From Thermoplasmata archaeon (lineage in GTDB: Archaea; Thermoplasmatota; Thermoplasmata; Lutacidiplasmatales; UBA184): DNA of 64,000 nucleotides. A program made the translations under genes and the position numbers. The stretch covers positions 2,093 to 66,092 of the forward strand of contig DASPSQ010000005.1 in the NCBI GenBank assembly GCA_035623855.1, in the 5' to 3' direction. This document shows positions 25,309 through 33,835 of this stretch, one piece after another; position 1 is the stretch's first letter; each line of letters opens with the position of its first letter. Under the pieces are notes generated by a model. It saw only the letters and a list, made by a program, of their open reading frames with translations. It had not been told where the DNA came from and did not search any database.

Positions 25309-28266
25309 TCAGCTGCGTCGAGGTCGACGCCGGGCGTCGCGGCTCGCCTCATCCGCCGACCCGTCGGGGGGCGCGATCGGATTCGGAGGATCCTCGCCGA
25401 GCGGGGCATACGCGACCGGGGTCCCGAGGTCGCTCGCGAGGAAGTCGTCCTGGGAGCGGTAGGAGTTCAAGCGCGACGGCCGCTGCGCGGGTCGCGGCCC
25501 CGTCAGGAGGTCGCCGGAGAGCTCTTCGGTTTCCTGGGAGAGCTGCTTCAACAGGTTGAGCCAGATCCGCCCCTGGTGGGCGATCGTCCCCTCGAGGCGG
25601 TCGCGCAGTTCGTTCGTCTGTTCGACGAGGTCGCCCTCGATCCGGCGCATCTCGCGGACCATCTCGCGGCGGATCTCCTTGAATCGAACCTCGGTCTCCT
25701 CAGAGATCGGTGCCCCCTTCTCGAGGTCGCCGACCTTGAGCCAGGTCTTCCGCAGGAGGGGGATCATCCGGTCGCTGAGGACCTGGATCCGTCGGTCGAG
25801 ATCCTCGAGGTCAGAGCGCAACCCGTTCTCGACCCGCTGGAGGTCAGCTTCCCGCTGGGCGAGTCGGGACTCGACGGTCTCGACACGGAGGAGGCCATCG
25901 TCCTGCGCCGCGCGCAGGCGGTTCTCCGCCTCCGCGATCTCCTTCGTCAGCGCGAGCTGCTGATCGGCACGAGCCGAGGCCACCGCCGGCGCGATTCGCT
26001 CCTTGATCGCCGCGTCGAACCGGCTCGGATCGACGGTCTTCGCGAGGGTCTGCTCGACCTCGGTCCGGAGCCGAGCCAGGAGCTCGACGTACTTGTCCCG
26101 CTCCTTCTCCTGGTTTTCGTTGAGCTTCTGCTCCACGAAGGCCTGGAGCCGGACCTGGAGGCCCGCGAGTGCTTCGGTCTGGGCGACCGAGAGCTCCGCG
26201 ACGCGCGCCTCCCGCTCGACCCCCAGGCGCTTTTCGACGCCGTTGACCCGCTCGTCGAGCGCCGCGGACGACCTCGACTGCAGGTCCGTGACCGCGGCCT
26301 TCAGCCGGGTCTCGACGTCCTTCGTCCGGCCGTCCACGAGGATCCCGAGCCTCTGCTCCAGATCCCGAACGTCCTTCGTCCGGCGCTGCTCGATCTCGGC
26401 CGCGTGGGCCTTCAGGAGGTCCCTCACGCGGGCCTCGATCTCCTCCCGGAGAGCGGTCCCTTGCTCCTTCGTCTCCGCCAGCTCGACCTCGAGTTGGGCA
26501 GCGAGCGCGGTCCGGAGCTCGTCCTCCCCGTGAGCGAATCCCGCCTTCGCCTCGTCGATCGACTGGCGGAGCTCTTCGCGGAGTCGCGCCGACCAGGCCT
26601 CCGTGGCGGATTGGACGGCCTGTCGGCTCTTCTCCGTCACCTCGGCGAGGGTCGGGTCGAGCTGGGCGTGGAGGTTCTTCTCGACCTGAGCGGAGACCGT
26701 CCCGGGGTCCAGGACCGGCCGGGACTCGACGGCGGCGATCCGCGCCCCGACGTCCGCCTGGACGCCCAGCATCCCGCGAGCGGACTGCTCGGTAGCTTCC
26801 CGGATCTTCGTGTCGACCGTCGCGAGGAGGCGGGCATCCCGCTGGGCCGCCTCGGTGGGGTCGGCGACCGGTTTCGGGAGCTCGGCGAGTCGCTGATCGA
26901 GGATCCGTCGGATTCGCGCGTCGAGGTCCGCGTCCCCCACCGGCACCGGGGCAACTGCGGCGGCGACCGACGCAGATCCCTCCGGCGGAGGCGACCCCGT
27001 TCGCAGGGAATTGTCATCGCTCACCGAGAGCGGGACCCCTGGAGTGCTGGAGGCCGGCAGGGCGATGTCCACCGGGCGCTGGAGCCACGGTGGATGCTGC
27101 GTCGTTCCGGGCGACGGGGCCGGCCCGGAGATCGGCTCCGGAGGAAGGGGGGCCTCGATGGCTCGGGGGATGGGGATCGACGGCTGAGCCTGAAGGTACT
27201 CGTTCGCCCGCTTGACCGCCTCTCCCGACATCGGGACGGAGCGGCCCTTCGGCTTCACGAGCAAGAGAGCGGCGGTTTCCATCGCGGTCCCGATCCGCCA
27301 CATCTCCTTGCGCCGATCGCGCCCGCCCTGGCCCTCGGCGTCCTGGATCTCCGCCTGCATCCGGGTGCCTTCCACCGCGTCGACGCGACGGGAGACCTCG
27401 GAGATCTTGGGGTCCTGATGATCCCGAACGTACTGGAGGACGAGCGGGAGGCTCTCGCGGGACCGAGTGGGGGTCGGTTTCGTGAGATCCCGCAACATGA
27501 CGGGGGCGGACCCCCAACTGTCGAGTCGCTTCGAGTGCCGCTCGCCCTGCGCTTCGCCTTTCGGCACGCGCATAACGGCGAGCGCGAGCGGAATCTGCTC
27601 GGTGAACTCGTGCGGGTTCACCTTCGCCTCGGGCAGGAAATACGGGAAGACGAGGAACGCACTGAGCGCGATCAGCGAGGTCGGGAGGAGCCGCACCATG
27701 TCGAGGACCACCTGGCTCGCCGACTCCCACTGCTCGGCGGCGACGACGACGACGGGTTCGGTGGTCCCGCGGTGGAACAGGAACCCCTCTCCGATGGCCT
27801 GGTACACCGACGCGTCCGGTTCGGCGGTGACCCGCGGGGGGCCCGATTTCCCTCCCATGCTCGCATGGGCCCGAAGGACCGCGGGACCGAACTCCCCGCT
27901 CTCGACCAGGTCCGCGGTCGAGAAGACGAGCGTTTTCATTCCGAGCCGAGGTCGATCCTCGGTGGAGAGGAACATCCGTCCGATGCATGTGTACCGGCCA
28001 TTGGCCGCCGGGTAAAGGAACAGATTCGGGTAGTACGAGAGCGGCTGCGACGGATCCGGATCCCAATAGTCGTGGGTGTCGGCGACGTTAACCGTCAGGT
28101 TGCCGATCATCCGGATCGCCTCCAGAGTCTCACGGCGCCCCGGGAATTCCTCGGGGATCGTCGTGTACCCCGGGCTTTCGGCCTCGTTGTCGACCTGGCG
28201 GCACCAGACGACGGAGATCGGGGCGAGGCCCGCGAGTGGCGCGCTCGCGGGTACCGCCGTCGACAT
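25309..28266 (-). CDS. Giant coiled-coil protein (985 aa). It has an N-terminal ~330-aa globular domain, a Pro-rich linker and a ~550-aa Ala/Glu/Arg/Leu-rich coiled-coil region.
   Basis: There are long heptad-like stretches (e.g. EELRQSIDEAKAGF…LEVELAETKEQGTALREEIEARVRDLLKAHAAEIEQRR…) and the linker PSIPIPRAIEAPLPPEPISGPAPSPGTT. The ATG is 4 nt after the upstream GTPase stop. Confidence 0.6.
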   Translation of the reverse strand: MSTAVPASAPLAGLAPISVVWCRQVDNEAESPGYTTIPEEFPGRRETLEAIRMIGNLTVNVADTHDYWDPDPSQPLSYYPNLFLYPAANGRYTCIGRMFLSTEDRPRLGMKTLVFSTADLVESGEFGPAVLRAHASMGGKSGPPRVTAEPDASVYQAIGEGFLFHRGTTEPVVVVAAEQWESASQVVLDMVRLLPTSLIALSAFLVFPYFLPEAKVNPHEFTEQIPLALAVMRVPKGEAQGERHSKRLDSWGSAPVMLRDLTKPTPTRSRESLPLVLQYVRDHQDPKISEVSRRVDAVEGTRMQAEIQDAEGQGGRDRRKEMWRIGTAMETAALLLVKPKGRSVPMSGEAVKRANEYLQAQPSIPIPRAIEAPLPPEPISGPAPSPGTTQHPPWLQRPVDIALPASSTPGVPLSVSDDNSLRTGSPPPEGSASVAAAVAPVPVGDADLDARIRRILDQRLAELPKPVADPTEAAQRDARLLATVDTKIREATEQSARGMLGVQADVGARIAAVESRPVLDPGTVSAQVEKNLHAQLDPTLAEVTEKSRQAVQSATEAWSARLREELRQSIDEAKAGFAHGEDELRTALAAQLEVELAETKEQGTALREEIEARVRDLLKAHAAEIEQRRTKDVRDLEQRLGILVDGRTKDVETRLKAAVTDLQSRSSAALDERVNGVEKRLGVEREARVAELSVAQTEALAGLQVRLQAFVEQKLNENQEKERDKYVELLARLRTEVEQTLAKTVDPSRFDAAIKERIAPAVASARADQQLALTKEIAEAENRLRAAQDDGLLRVETVESRLAQREADLQRVENGLRSDLEDLDRRIQVLSDRMIPLLRKTWLKVGDLEKGAPISEETEVRFKEIRREMVREMRRIEGDLVEQTNELRDRLEGTIAHQGRIWLNLLKQLSQETEELSGDLLTGPRPAQRPSRLNSYRSQDDFLASDLGTPVAYAPLGEDPPNPIAPPDGSADEASRDARRRPRRS

Positions 28267-28269
28267 CGC

Positions 28270-29436
28270 TTACTCCCCCTTGGTCGCGCGTCGTTCGAGA
28301 ACCCGCTCGCACGCGCGTGCGAGCGGAAGGGTGGTGTTGACCATGACCGGGACTCCCAGCGTCTGCGTCCCCACGTTCGGCGCTTCCTCTCCGGTCTCTC
28401 CGATGAACAGGGGGTGCCCTTCCCCGGTCGAAACGGCGCTCGACACGAGGAAGACGTCCTCCTTCATCGAGATTCCCCGGCCTTCCTGCGCGACCAGGAT
28501 CGTCCCCATCCCCGCTCCGTCCCGGCGCAGGAGAAAATCGACGGGGTCGAACGCGCTCCGGTAGGCGCGCTCGCGGATCGATTGCTCGATCTCGGAGTAG
28601 AACTCCTTCAGTTTGTCGGCCTTCGATACCGCGATCACGAGCGGGAGGTTCCGGGACTTCGCGTATCGGAAGACGCCGCGGGCGAGGTTCACCTGCTGGG
28701 CCTGATCCCGCAGGGATGGAAGCCCGGGGGAAAGGAGGAGGATCAGCGCGTCCGCGCCCGTGACGAACCGGCCGAGGAGGGTCAGTCCGCGCCGCCAGAG
28801 ATCCCGTCGGTCGGGGCGCCAGGAATCGAAGTGTGGAATCACCCGGCACGTCTTCTCGAGGACCTCCTCGTCCGGGGTCGACAGCCAGAGCCGATCGTAT
28901 GTGAAGTAGTCGGCGATGATCCCACCGGCCTCGTCGATCGTTTGCAGTTCCATGGGGCGGGAGCCGATCTCCCCGTTCGCCGCCCCATAGCGGAACCGCA
29001 TCTTCATCTCGACGAACTGATTGAATTTCGTCGGGAGAGGGTACTTCGTCAGGATCCCCTGGTCCTCGCGCCCAGCGCTCAGCTCGACCCAGAGCTTGCG
29101 GCGGTCCTCCATCGGGCGGTTGACGTAGTACCGGGTCGTTGTCTCGAGGCTTCCCTCGGGATCGGTCGGATCGGTGGTTTCGTACGTCGTCTCCTCGAGC
29201 GCGACGTCGTTCTCGAGGTCCCCGTAGAGCGGAAGGGTTCCGTTGTCCGCGCGCGACGGGATGTACAGGATCGGGAGATTCAATCCGAAATGTCCGGAAA
29301 GGAACCGAAAGTAAGTGGTCTTTCCCGACGCAGGGATGCCCACGACGGCCACGCGCGCGGAATCGCCGGACGGCTTCGCCTCACGCTTCGTCCCGGCTGC
29401 CCGACGTGTGCGGGTCGTGACCTTGACCTCGGGCAT
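28270..29436 (-). CDS. P-loop NTPase, putative GTPase.
   Basis: Walker A VAVVGIPASGKTTYF is present, and the candidate G4-like motif VSKADKL suggests guanine specificity. I recognise no close family. It is coupled to the vWA gene upstream and the coiled-coil gene downstream. Confidence 0.55.
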   Translation of the reverse strand: MPEVKVTTRTRRAAGTKREAKPSGDSARVAVVGIPASGKTTYFRFLSGHFGLNLPILYIPSRADNGTLPLYGDLENDVALEETTYETTDPTDPEGSLETTTRYYVNRPMEDRRKLWVELSAGREDQGILTKYPLPTKFNQFVEMKMRFRYGAANGEIGSRPMELQTIDEAGGIIADYFTYDRLWLSTPDEEVLEKTCRVIPHFDSWRPDRRDLWRRGLTLLGRFVTGADALILLLSPGLPSLRDQAQQVNLARGVFRYAKSRNLPLVIAVSKADKLKEFYSEIEQSIRERAYRSAFDPVDFLLRRDGAGMGTILVAQEGRGISMKEDVFLVSSAVSTGEGHPLFIGETGEEAPNVGTQTLGVPVMVNTTLPLARACERVLERRATKGE

Positions 29437-29448
29437 TTGGATCGACTC

Positions 29449-30957
29449 CTACCGCATCTCCGCTAGGCAGATCTCGATGAAATCCAGCGCGCCCTCGACC
29501 ACGGGGCCACCGGAGGCGAGCTCGAGGCGCGCATCCTGCAGGAGCCCGAAGATCTCCTCGACCGCGGCCTCGTGCTTGAGGGCCGCATCCTGAAGGTCGC
29601 CCTCCCCCGCGAGCCGCGTGAGCTGGTACGTCCCGCGAAGTTCCATGAGCTTGTCGAACAGGTCCATCAGGCGTTCCCGCGTCGTGGCATCACTTTGGCC
29701 CAACCCATGCTCGGTATTATCGATGAACTTAACGAGTGTCTCGGTCTCCTTGTCGTTCTGCATCCGGGCCTGAAGCATGGCAAGGCGCCTCACGATCGGC
29801 CCCTGGGACGGCTCGGGTAGCTTTTCTGCCTCCGCCCAGGCCTGAAGGAGAGCTCGCGCGGCCTCCACGACCGCGCGGCGCGCGAATTGTACGCGCGCTT
29901 CCCAGTAGAGACGGGTGACGGGTGGGAGCACGGCCTGCGACCTCGAGAGGAGTTCCAACGCGTGGTCGTACTCCCCCCGGACGTAGGCCTCGACGACCTC
30001 GCCGAGGGGGCCATAACGCTCTCGCAGGTAGGCCGGGGCACTCGCCGGCGTCCCTGACACCACGTCGACCTCGATTTCGGGAGCCTCCCGGTAGGCCGCC
30101 TCCGCCGCGGGACGCGGGGCGATGACCGCCGCACCCCGAATCCGCGAGACCGTCGCGTGTTGCTGCGGCTCTTTCAGCGCTCGGGCCGCGCTCGCGGCAC
30201 GGCGCGCGAGCTCCTCCGGGTGGAGCTCCTCGATCGGCTGATCCCCCTCGTACCCGACGTCCACGAACGCGTGGACCATCTGGGCGAAGAGCGCGGAACC
30301 AGTCGTGACCTCTTGGAAGCTGAACGGGGCCGGGACTCCGAGCAGCTGGGCGCGATCGGTGAGCTGCGCGAGGAATTGGTTCATGTGCCCGGCGTCGACG
30401 CCCTTGTCCCGTTCGTCGCCGTTTCCAATCCCGATCAGGCGGAAGGTCAGACGAGAGTTCGCGGGCAGTATGTACGGGATGAGGTCGATCTTACCGTTGG
30501 GCAGCGGAGCGTGGGAGGAGTTGCGGACGTCGAAGCGCTGGGATGCGTTGTCCCACCCGTCCGTGACGAGGACGAGGTTTCCCCGAACTCCTTCCACCCC
30601 CATCCGGAGAAGGTCGGCGCCCACGGCGATCGCGTCCCAGATCGCGGACCGGCCGCTCGGCGTGAGGAGGCTGATGAGGTTCTCGATGTACGGGAGGTTC
30701 TCCTTGTGGATTTCTCCCAGCGGGACCGGGACGCGGACCGTCTCGGTGAATGTGACGAGGCCGAACGGGTTGCCGGAGGTCGAGGCATCCTGAAGGATTC
30801 GGAACACCGCAGTTCGGGCGACTTCGATCTTCTGACGCTCCGGGGAGCCCGGTTGCGGCTCCGGCAGCGGAGCGAGCATGCTCTTCGAGAGATCGAGGAT
30901 CAGGACGTTCCGCTCCCGTTCGGGACCTGTCGTGGGTGAAGTAGAATCTTGAAGCAT
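29449..30957 (-). CDS. von Willebrand factor type A (vWA) domain protein with a C-terminal all-helical domain.
   Basis: MIDAS motif DLSKS (VLILDLSKSM), conserved LVTDGWDN and a Thr/Ser MIDAS partner. About 250 aa of helical region (TPR-like) follow. Confidence 0.65.
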   Translation of the reverse strand: MLQDSTSPTTGPERERNVLILDLSKSMLAPLPEPQPGSPERQKIEVARTAVFRILQDASTSGNPFGLVTFTETVRVPVPLGEIHKENLPYIENLISLLTPSGRSAIWDAIAVGADLLRMGVEGVRGNLVLVTDGWDNASQRFDVRNSSHAPLPNGKIDLIPYILPANSRLTFRLIGIGNGDERDKGVDAGHMNQFLAQLTDRAQLLGVPAPFSFQEVTTGSALFAQMVHAFVDVGYEGDQPIEELHPEELARRAASAARALKEPQQHATVSRIRGAAVIAPRPAAEAAYREAPEIEVDVVSGTPASAPAYLRERYGPLGEVVEAYVRGEYDHALELLSRSQAVLPPVTRLYWEARVQFARRAVVEAARALLQAWAEAEKLPEPSQGPIVRRLAMLQARMQNDKETETLVKFIDNTEHGLGQSDATTRERLMDLFDKLMELRGTYQLTRLAGEGDLQDAALKHEAAVEEIFGLLQDARLELASGGPVVEGALDFIEICLAEMR

Positions 30958-31248
30958 GCAGCGCGCCCCGCGGTCCGTCTAGACGTTTCCCGGGAACACG
31001 ACCCGGGAGCCTCCCCGAGCGGCTCCGCCCTGTCGCACATGAATATTCACCTCGGATAGGGTATTTGTGGCTTCCGCCGGATTCCTTGGCGCGCCGGCAG
31101 TCTGATGGGGCGTCGCGGCTCGTACCCGGACCCGTCCGGCGCGATCGCCGGGTCCTTCCCGAGCCCCCCGTCGCGAGGAAGAGGCTGCACTGGGGAACGC
31201 GGTCGCTCCCGAACCGAGGTCAAGCCGTCCTCGCCGAGCGCGAAGCCA

Positions 31249-31258
31249 AGGTTATAAC
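31249..31258 (+). promoter_or_regulatory. Palindromic TATA-like element ggttataacc 25-34 nt upstream of the S17e ATG.
   Basis: Perfect 10-bp palindrome containing TTATAA, in an otherwise GC-rich intergenic region. The spacing fits a leaderless archaeal promoter. Confidence 0.4.
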
Positions 31259-31282
31259 CGCGGCCCGGGTCCGCGCGCCCGC

Positions 31283-31507
31283 ATGGGCAGCATCCGCCAA
31301 ACGTACATCAAGCGGGTCGCGATCGAACTGATCCGCCACTACCCGAACGACTTTGGAGCGGATTTCGCCCACAACAAGCAGAAGGTGCTCGAGCTGACCG
31401 ACCTCGGCGTGGTCGTGGACGGGAAGATTCAGGTCGTCCACAAGAAGCTCGCCAACCGGATCGCCGGCTACGCGACCCGGTACATGAAGCGAAAGCGAGG
31501 GACCTAG
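31283..31507 (+). CDS. rps17e: 30S ribosomal protein S17e.
   Basis: MGSIRQTYIKRVAIELIRHYPNDFGADFAHNKQKVLELTD matches the S17e N-terminal consensus (MG.IR..IKR.A.EL…F..DF..NK). Confidence 0.85.
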   Translation: MGSIRQTYIKRVAIELIRHYPNDFGADFAHNKQKVLELTDLGVVVDGKIQVVHKKLANRIAGYATRYMKRKRGT

Positions 31508-31541
31508 ACTCTCCCTCGACAGGTCGCGCGACGTCCGGGAA

Positions 31542-32207
31542 TCACTCGAACACCCCGAAGCCATCCTGCAGGTGCACGATCTCGACGGGCGTGGTGGGCC
31601 GGCCCACGACGAACCCGCGTGAGTTCGCAACGAGGCACGCCCCGACGATCGGGACCCCGAAGTTGGCGGTCGAGCGGTGGACCGGGACGCCGAGACGCCG
31701 CTCGACAACCCCGACCTCGCGATCCGTTGCCTTCGGGTGGACGACGACCCCACGGTTGGTTGCGACCCCGGCCATCCCGACCGTCCCGAGCCCCGCGACC
31801 GTCCCTCGCTCCGCGGGGACGCCGAGCGCCCGGGAGATCTGCGCGACCGCCTCGGAGGAGAACTCCGGGTGCACGATCGCCCCGGCGTCATTCGCAAGGA
31901 TGTTGTTCCCCATCGCATTCTGGCGGTGTCGGACGACCGTCACCGGCCCGACGGACTCGAGCGTCCGGCGTTCGTCGGCGTCGACCTCCTCCCCAACCAC
32001 GACGCCCTTCGAGTTGGCGGCGACCATCGCACCGACGACCTCGCAGTCGAAGACGTTCGTCCGGACCACTCGGATCCGCAGGAGCCGCTCCACGTCCCGT
32101 TCGAGGGCCTGCGGCAGGGTCCACGGAGCGAGGCCGACCGTCTCGCCGACCCGCAGATAGACTCCAAGGTAGGGGCTACCGCCGAAAAGCCCCCGACCGA
32201 CCGGCAC
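31542..32207 (-). CDS. eif6: Translation initiation factor 6 (aIF6/eIF6).
   Basis: Five-fold pseudo-repeat with recurring G(S/T)..VGxxANSxGxVV motifs (ANSKGVVVG, ANDAGAIVHP, ATNRGVVVHP, ANSRGFVVG). The conserved position is right after L31e. Confidence 0.8.
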   Translation of the reverse strand: MPVGRGLFGGSPYLGVYLRVGETVGLAPWTLPQALERDVERLLRIRVVRTNVFDCEVVGAMVAANSKGVVVGEEVDADERRTLESVGPVTVVRHRQNAMGNNILANDAGAIVHPEFSSEAVAQISRALGVPAERGTVAGLGTVGMAGVATNRGVVVHPKATDREVGVVERRLGVPVHRSTANFGVPIVGACLVANSRGFVVGRPTTPVEIVHLQDGFGVFE

Positions 32208-32230
32208 GCCTGGCGTCTCCCGGGGGCCCG

Positions 32231-32527
32231 CTACTCGCTCTCGAGGATATCGACCTCGATCAGGCCGTCCTCGAAGCGGATCGCCTTGACCCGGACCTGC
32301 CGGGGGATGTGTTGGATTCCCCGTTCCCAGATGAGCTCGTTGAGCCGCGGGTCGATCCAGATGTCTTCCGGCTTCCCTTTCATGTGTCGCCCAACGAACC
32401 GGCGCACGGTCTCAAGGGCATGGCCGGCCCGCCGGCGGCGGGACGGCTGGTGCTGGCTCGGCCGCAGCGGGATCACGTACTCCCGTTCGAGTTCTTCAGC
32501 GCGGCGTGACGGGGTCTTCGCGGGCAT
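32231..32527 (-). CDS. rpl31e: 50S ribosomal protein L31e.
   Basis: EREYVIPLR…RRRAGHALETVRRFVGRHMK…IWIDPRLNELIWERGIQHIPRQVRVKA matches L31e. Confidence 0.85.
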   Translation of the reverse strand: MPAKTPSRRAEELEREYVIPLRPSQHQPSRRRRAGHALETVRRFVGRHMKGKPEDIWIDPRLNELIWERGIQHIPRQVRVKAIRFEDGLIEVDILESE

Positions 32528-32542
32528 CGATCTTCCCGTCCC

Positions 32543-32701
32543 TCACTTGTGGAGGTGACCTCGCTTCCACGTATGGCGCTTCGGATGGCGGGTGACCCGA
32601 CGACTGGTGCGTTGCATGACCCAGGCCGGGACCCGGCGATTCCCCTTCACGACCCGGAGCAGGCGAGTCTTCCGCGCGAGGCTCTTCCTTCGATTCGCCA
32701 T
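32543..32701 (-). CDS. rpl39e: 50S ribosomal protein L39e (52 aa). It is absent from the ORF track because it is shorter than 60 aa.
   Basis: Manual translation of the minus strand gives MANRRKSLARKTRLLRVVKGNRRVPAWVMQRTSRRVTRHPKRHTWKRGHLHK*, which matches the L39e consensus (KxLAKKxRLxxxxKQNRxVPxWV…RRxWRR). It sits between the PDCD5-like gene and L31e, as in other archaea. Confidence 0.8.
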   Translation of the reverse strand: MANRRKSLARKTRLLRVVKGNRRVPAWVMQRTSRRVTRHPKRHTWKRGHLHK

Positions 32702-32713
32702 GGGATCCTCGGT

Positions 32714-33073
32714 TCAACGGCGGGTGATCGTGATCTCCCGACGATCGGGCGCGATCCTTTCAAGGAGCGAGCGGAGCGTCGCGTCGTCGATCTGCCGCTG
32801 AATCCGTCCGCTCGCGGCGAGCGCGATCAGCTGCTGCTCCACGGAGGCTGCGACATCCGGCTTTGCGAGACGGATCCGGCCGAGCCGTTCGCGCGCCTCC
32901 GGAGTGAGGATCCGGCGGAGGATCTCGGAGCGTTCCGCGTCCCGCCGTGCCATCTCCGACTCTTGGGCGGCGTACGCTTGCGCCTGCGCTGCCTCCGACT
33001 GTTGCATCTCCTGGAGCTGCCGAACGCGTCGACGACGGAGCTCCGTGAGTTCGGGATCCTCTCCGTACGCCAT
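32714..33073 (-). CDS. Double-stranded-DNA-binding protein of the PDCD5/TFAR19 family (the archaeal protein conserved next to S19e).
   Basis: MAYGEDPELTELRRRRVRQLQEMQ…ILRRILTPEARERLGRIRLAKPDVAASVEQQLIALAASGRI. The ATG at 33073 was chosen because the upstream part of the track ORF overlaps S19e. Confidence 0.65.
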   Translation of the reverse strand: MAYGEDPELTELRRRRVRQLQEMQQSEAAQAQAYAAQESEMARRDAERSEILRRILTPEARERLGRIRLAKPDVAASVEQQLIALAASGRIQRQIDDATLRSLLERIAPDRREITITRR

Positions 33074-33111
33074 TCGACCGTTCCTCGCTCTTGGCTTAAC
33101 CCGTAGACACT

Positions 33112-33567
33112 CTAGAGATACTTGGCGAGTTCGGGCCGGTTCTCCGCGAGTCGCTTGAGAGCGTCCCGGGAGACCGTCATGAGGAGCTTCTCTCCGGCGG
33201 GGCTCAGTCGTCGTCCTTGCGTCTTGTACGGTTGGACCAGTCCGGCCTTCTCCAACTGGTGGATGATCTCGCGAAGGACCGCACGGGAACCGGTCCGGGC
33301 ATGATACGGCGCGCTCCCGCGGTCCCGTTTGCCACCGTAGTCCGCGCTGAGCCGAGAGACCCCGACGTGACCGCGGAGGTAGATCTTCCGCAGCACCGAA
33401 GCGCTCCGCAGGTACCACCAGTCCGTCTGCACCGGGGCGCGTTGCTTGTGGACCCCCGTTTTGACGAACGTTGCCCACGGAGGGGGTGCAACCGCTTGCC
33501 GACTCCTCAGTTCTGTAGCAAGCTGGGGGAGCAGAATCCCCGGTGGAACGTCGTTTGGGTGGCTCAT
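33112..33567 (-). CDS. rps19e: 30S ribosomal protein S19e.
   Basis: PPWATFVKTGVHKQRAPVQTDWWYLRSASVLRKIYLRGHVGVSRL…YGGKRDRGSAPYHARTGSRAVLREIIHQLEKAGLV is an S19e hallmark. The ATG at 33567 gives 151 aa. Confidence 0.85.
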   Translation of the reverse strand: MSHPNDVPPGILLPQLATELRSRQAVAPPPWATFVKTGVHKQRAPVQTDWWYLRSASVLRKIYLRGHVGVSRLSADYGGKRDRGSAPYHARTGSRAVLREIIHQLEKAGLVQPYKTQGRRLSPAGEKLLMTVSRDALKRLAENRPELAKYL

Positions 33568-33593
33568 GGAGCGGCGCGGCCACCCGGTGAGCC

Positions 33594-33602
33594 TATTTAA
33601 AA
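33594..33602 (-). promoter_or_regulatory. TATA box (TTTTAAATA on the minus strand) 27-35 nt upstream of the S19e ATG; promoter of the S19e–PDCD5–L39e–L31e–aIF6 operon.
   Basis: gcctatttaaaaccgg is the only AT-rich element in the 268-bp divergent intergenic region. The spacing fits a leaderless mRNA. Confidence 0.45.
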
Positions 33603-33835
33603 CCGGACCCTGGCGTTCGGCGAGCCGGGCGAGGAAGGACTGGCCGGGTCCCGGATCCTCGGAATCCCGGAGTGCGGCTCGAGGCCCGACGTCGGGAATC
33701 CAGGTACACCGTGCGTCGGGGTCGGCAGGGGCGGCCGAGCCCTTGCGTCTCTCCTCCAGGTGGCGACCCGGGGCCATCGCCTTAACTACCGGCCGTTCGT
33801 ATCGATTTGGCAACCCGCGTCCGGGCCGGTCCACG

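Noticed and set aside
25234-29466. 1410-aa plus-strand ORF (the longest in the track).
   Set aside because: It is entirely antisense to three well-supported minus-strand genes (coiled-coil giant, GTPase, part of the neighbourhood). Its composition is Arg/Gly/Asp/Leu low-complexity with no domain, typical of a shadow ORF in high-GC DNA.
31619-32558. Two ~295-aa plus-strand ORFs over aIF6/L31e.
   Set aside because: They are shadow ORFs (Arg/Pro-rich) antisense to conserved translation genes.
32496-32717. 73-aa minus-strand ORF between PDCD5-like and L31e.
   Set aside because: Its composition is glycine/proline/serine-rich nonsense. Another frame on the same strand encodes a textbook L39e (32543..32701).
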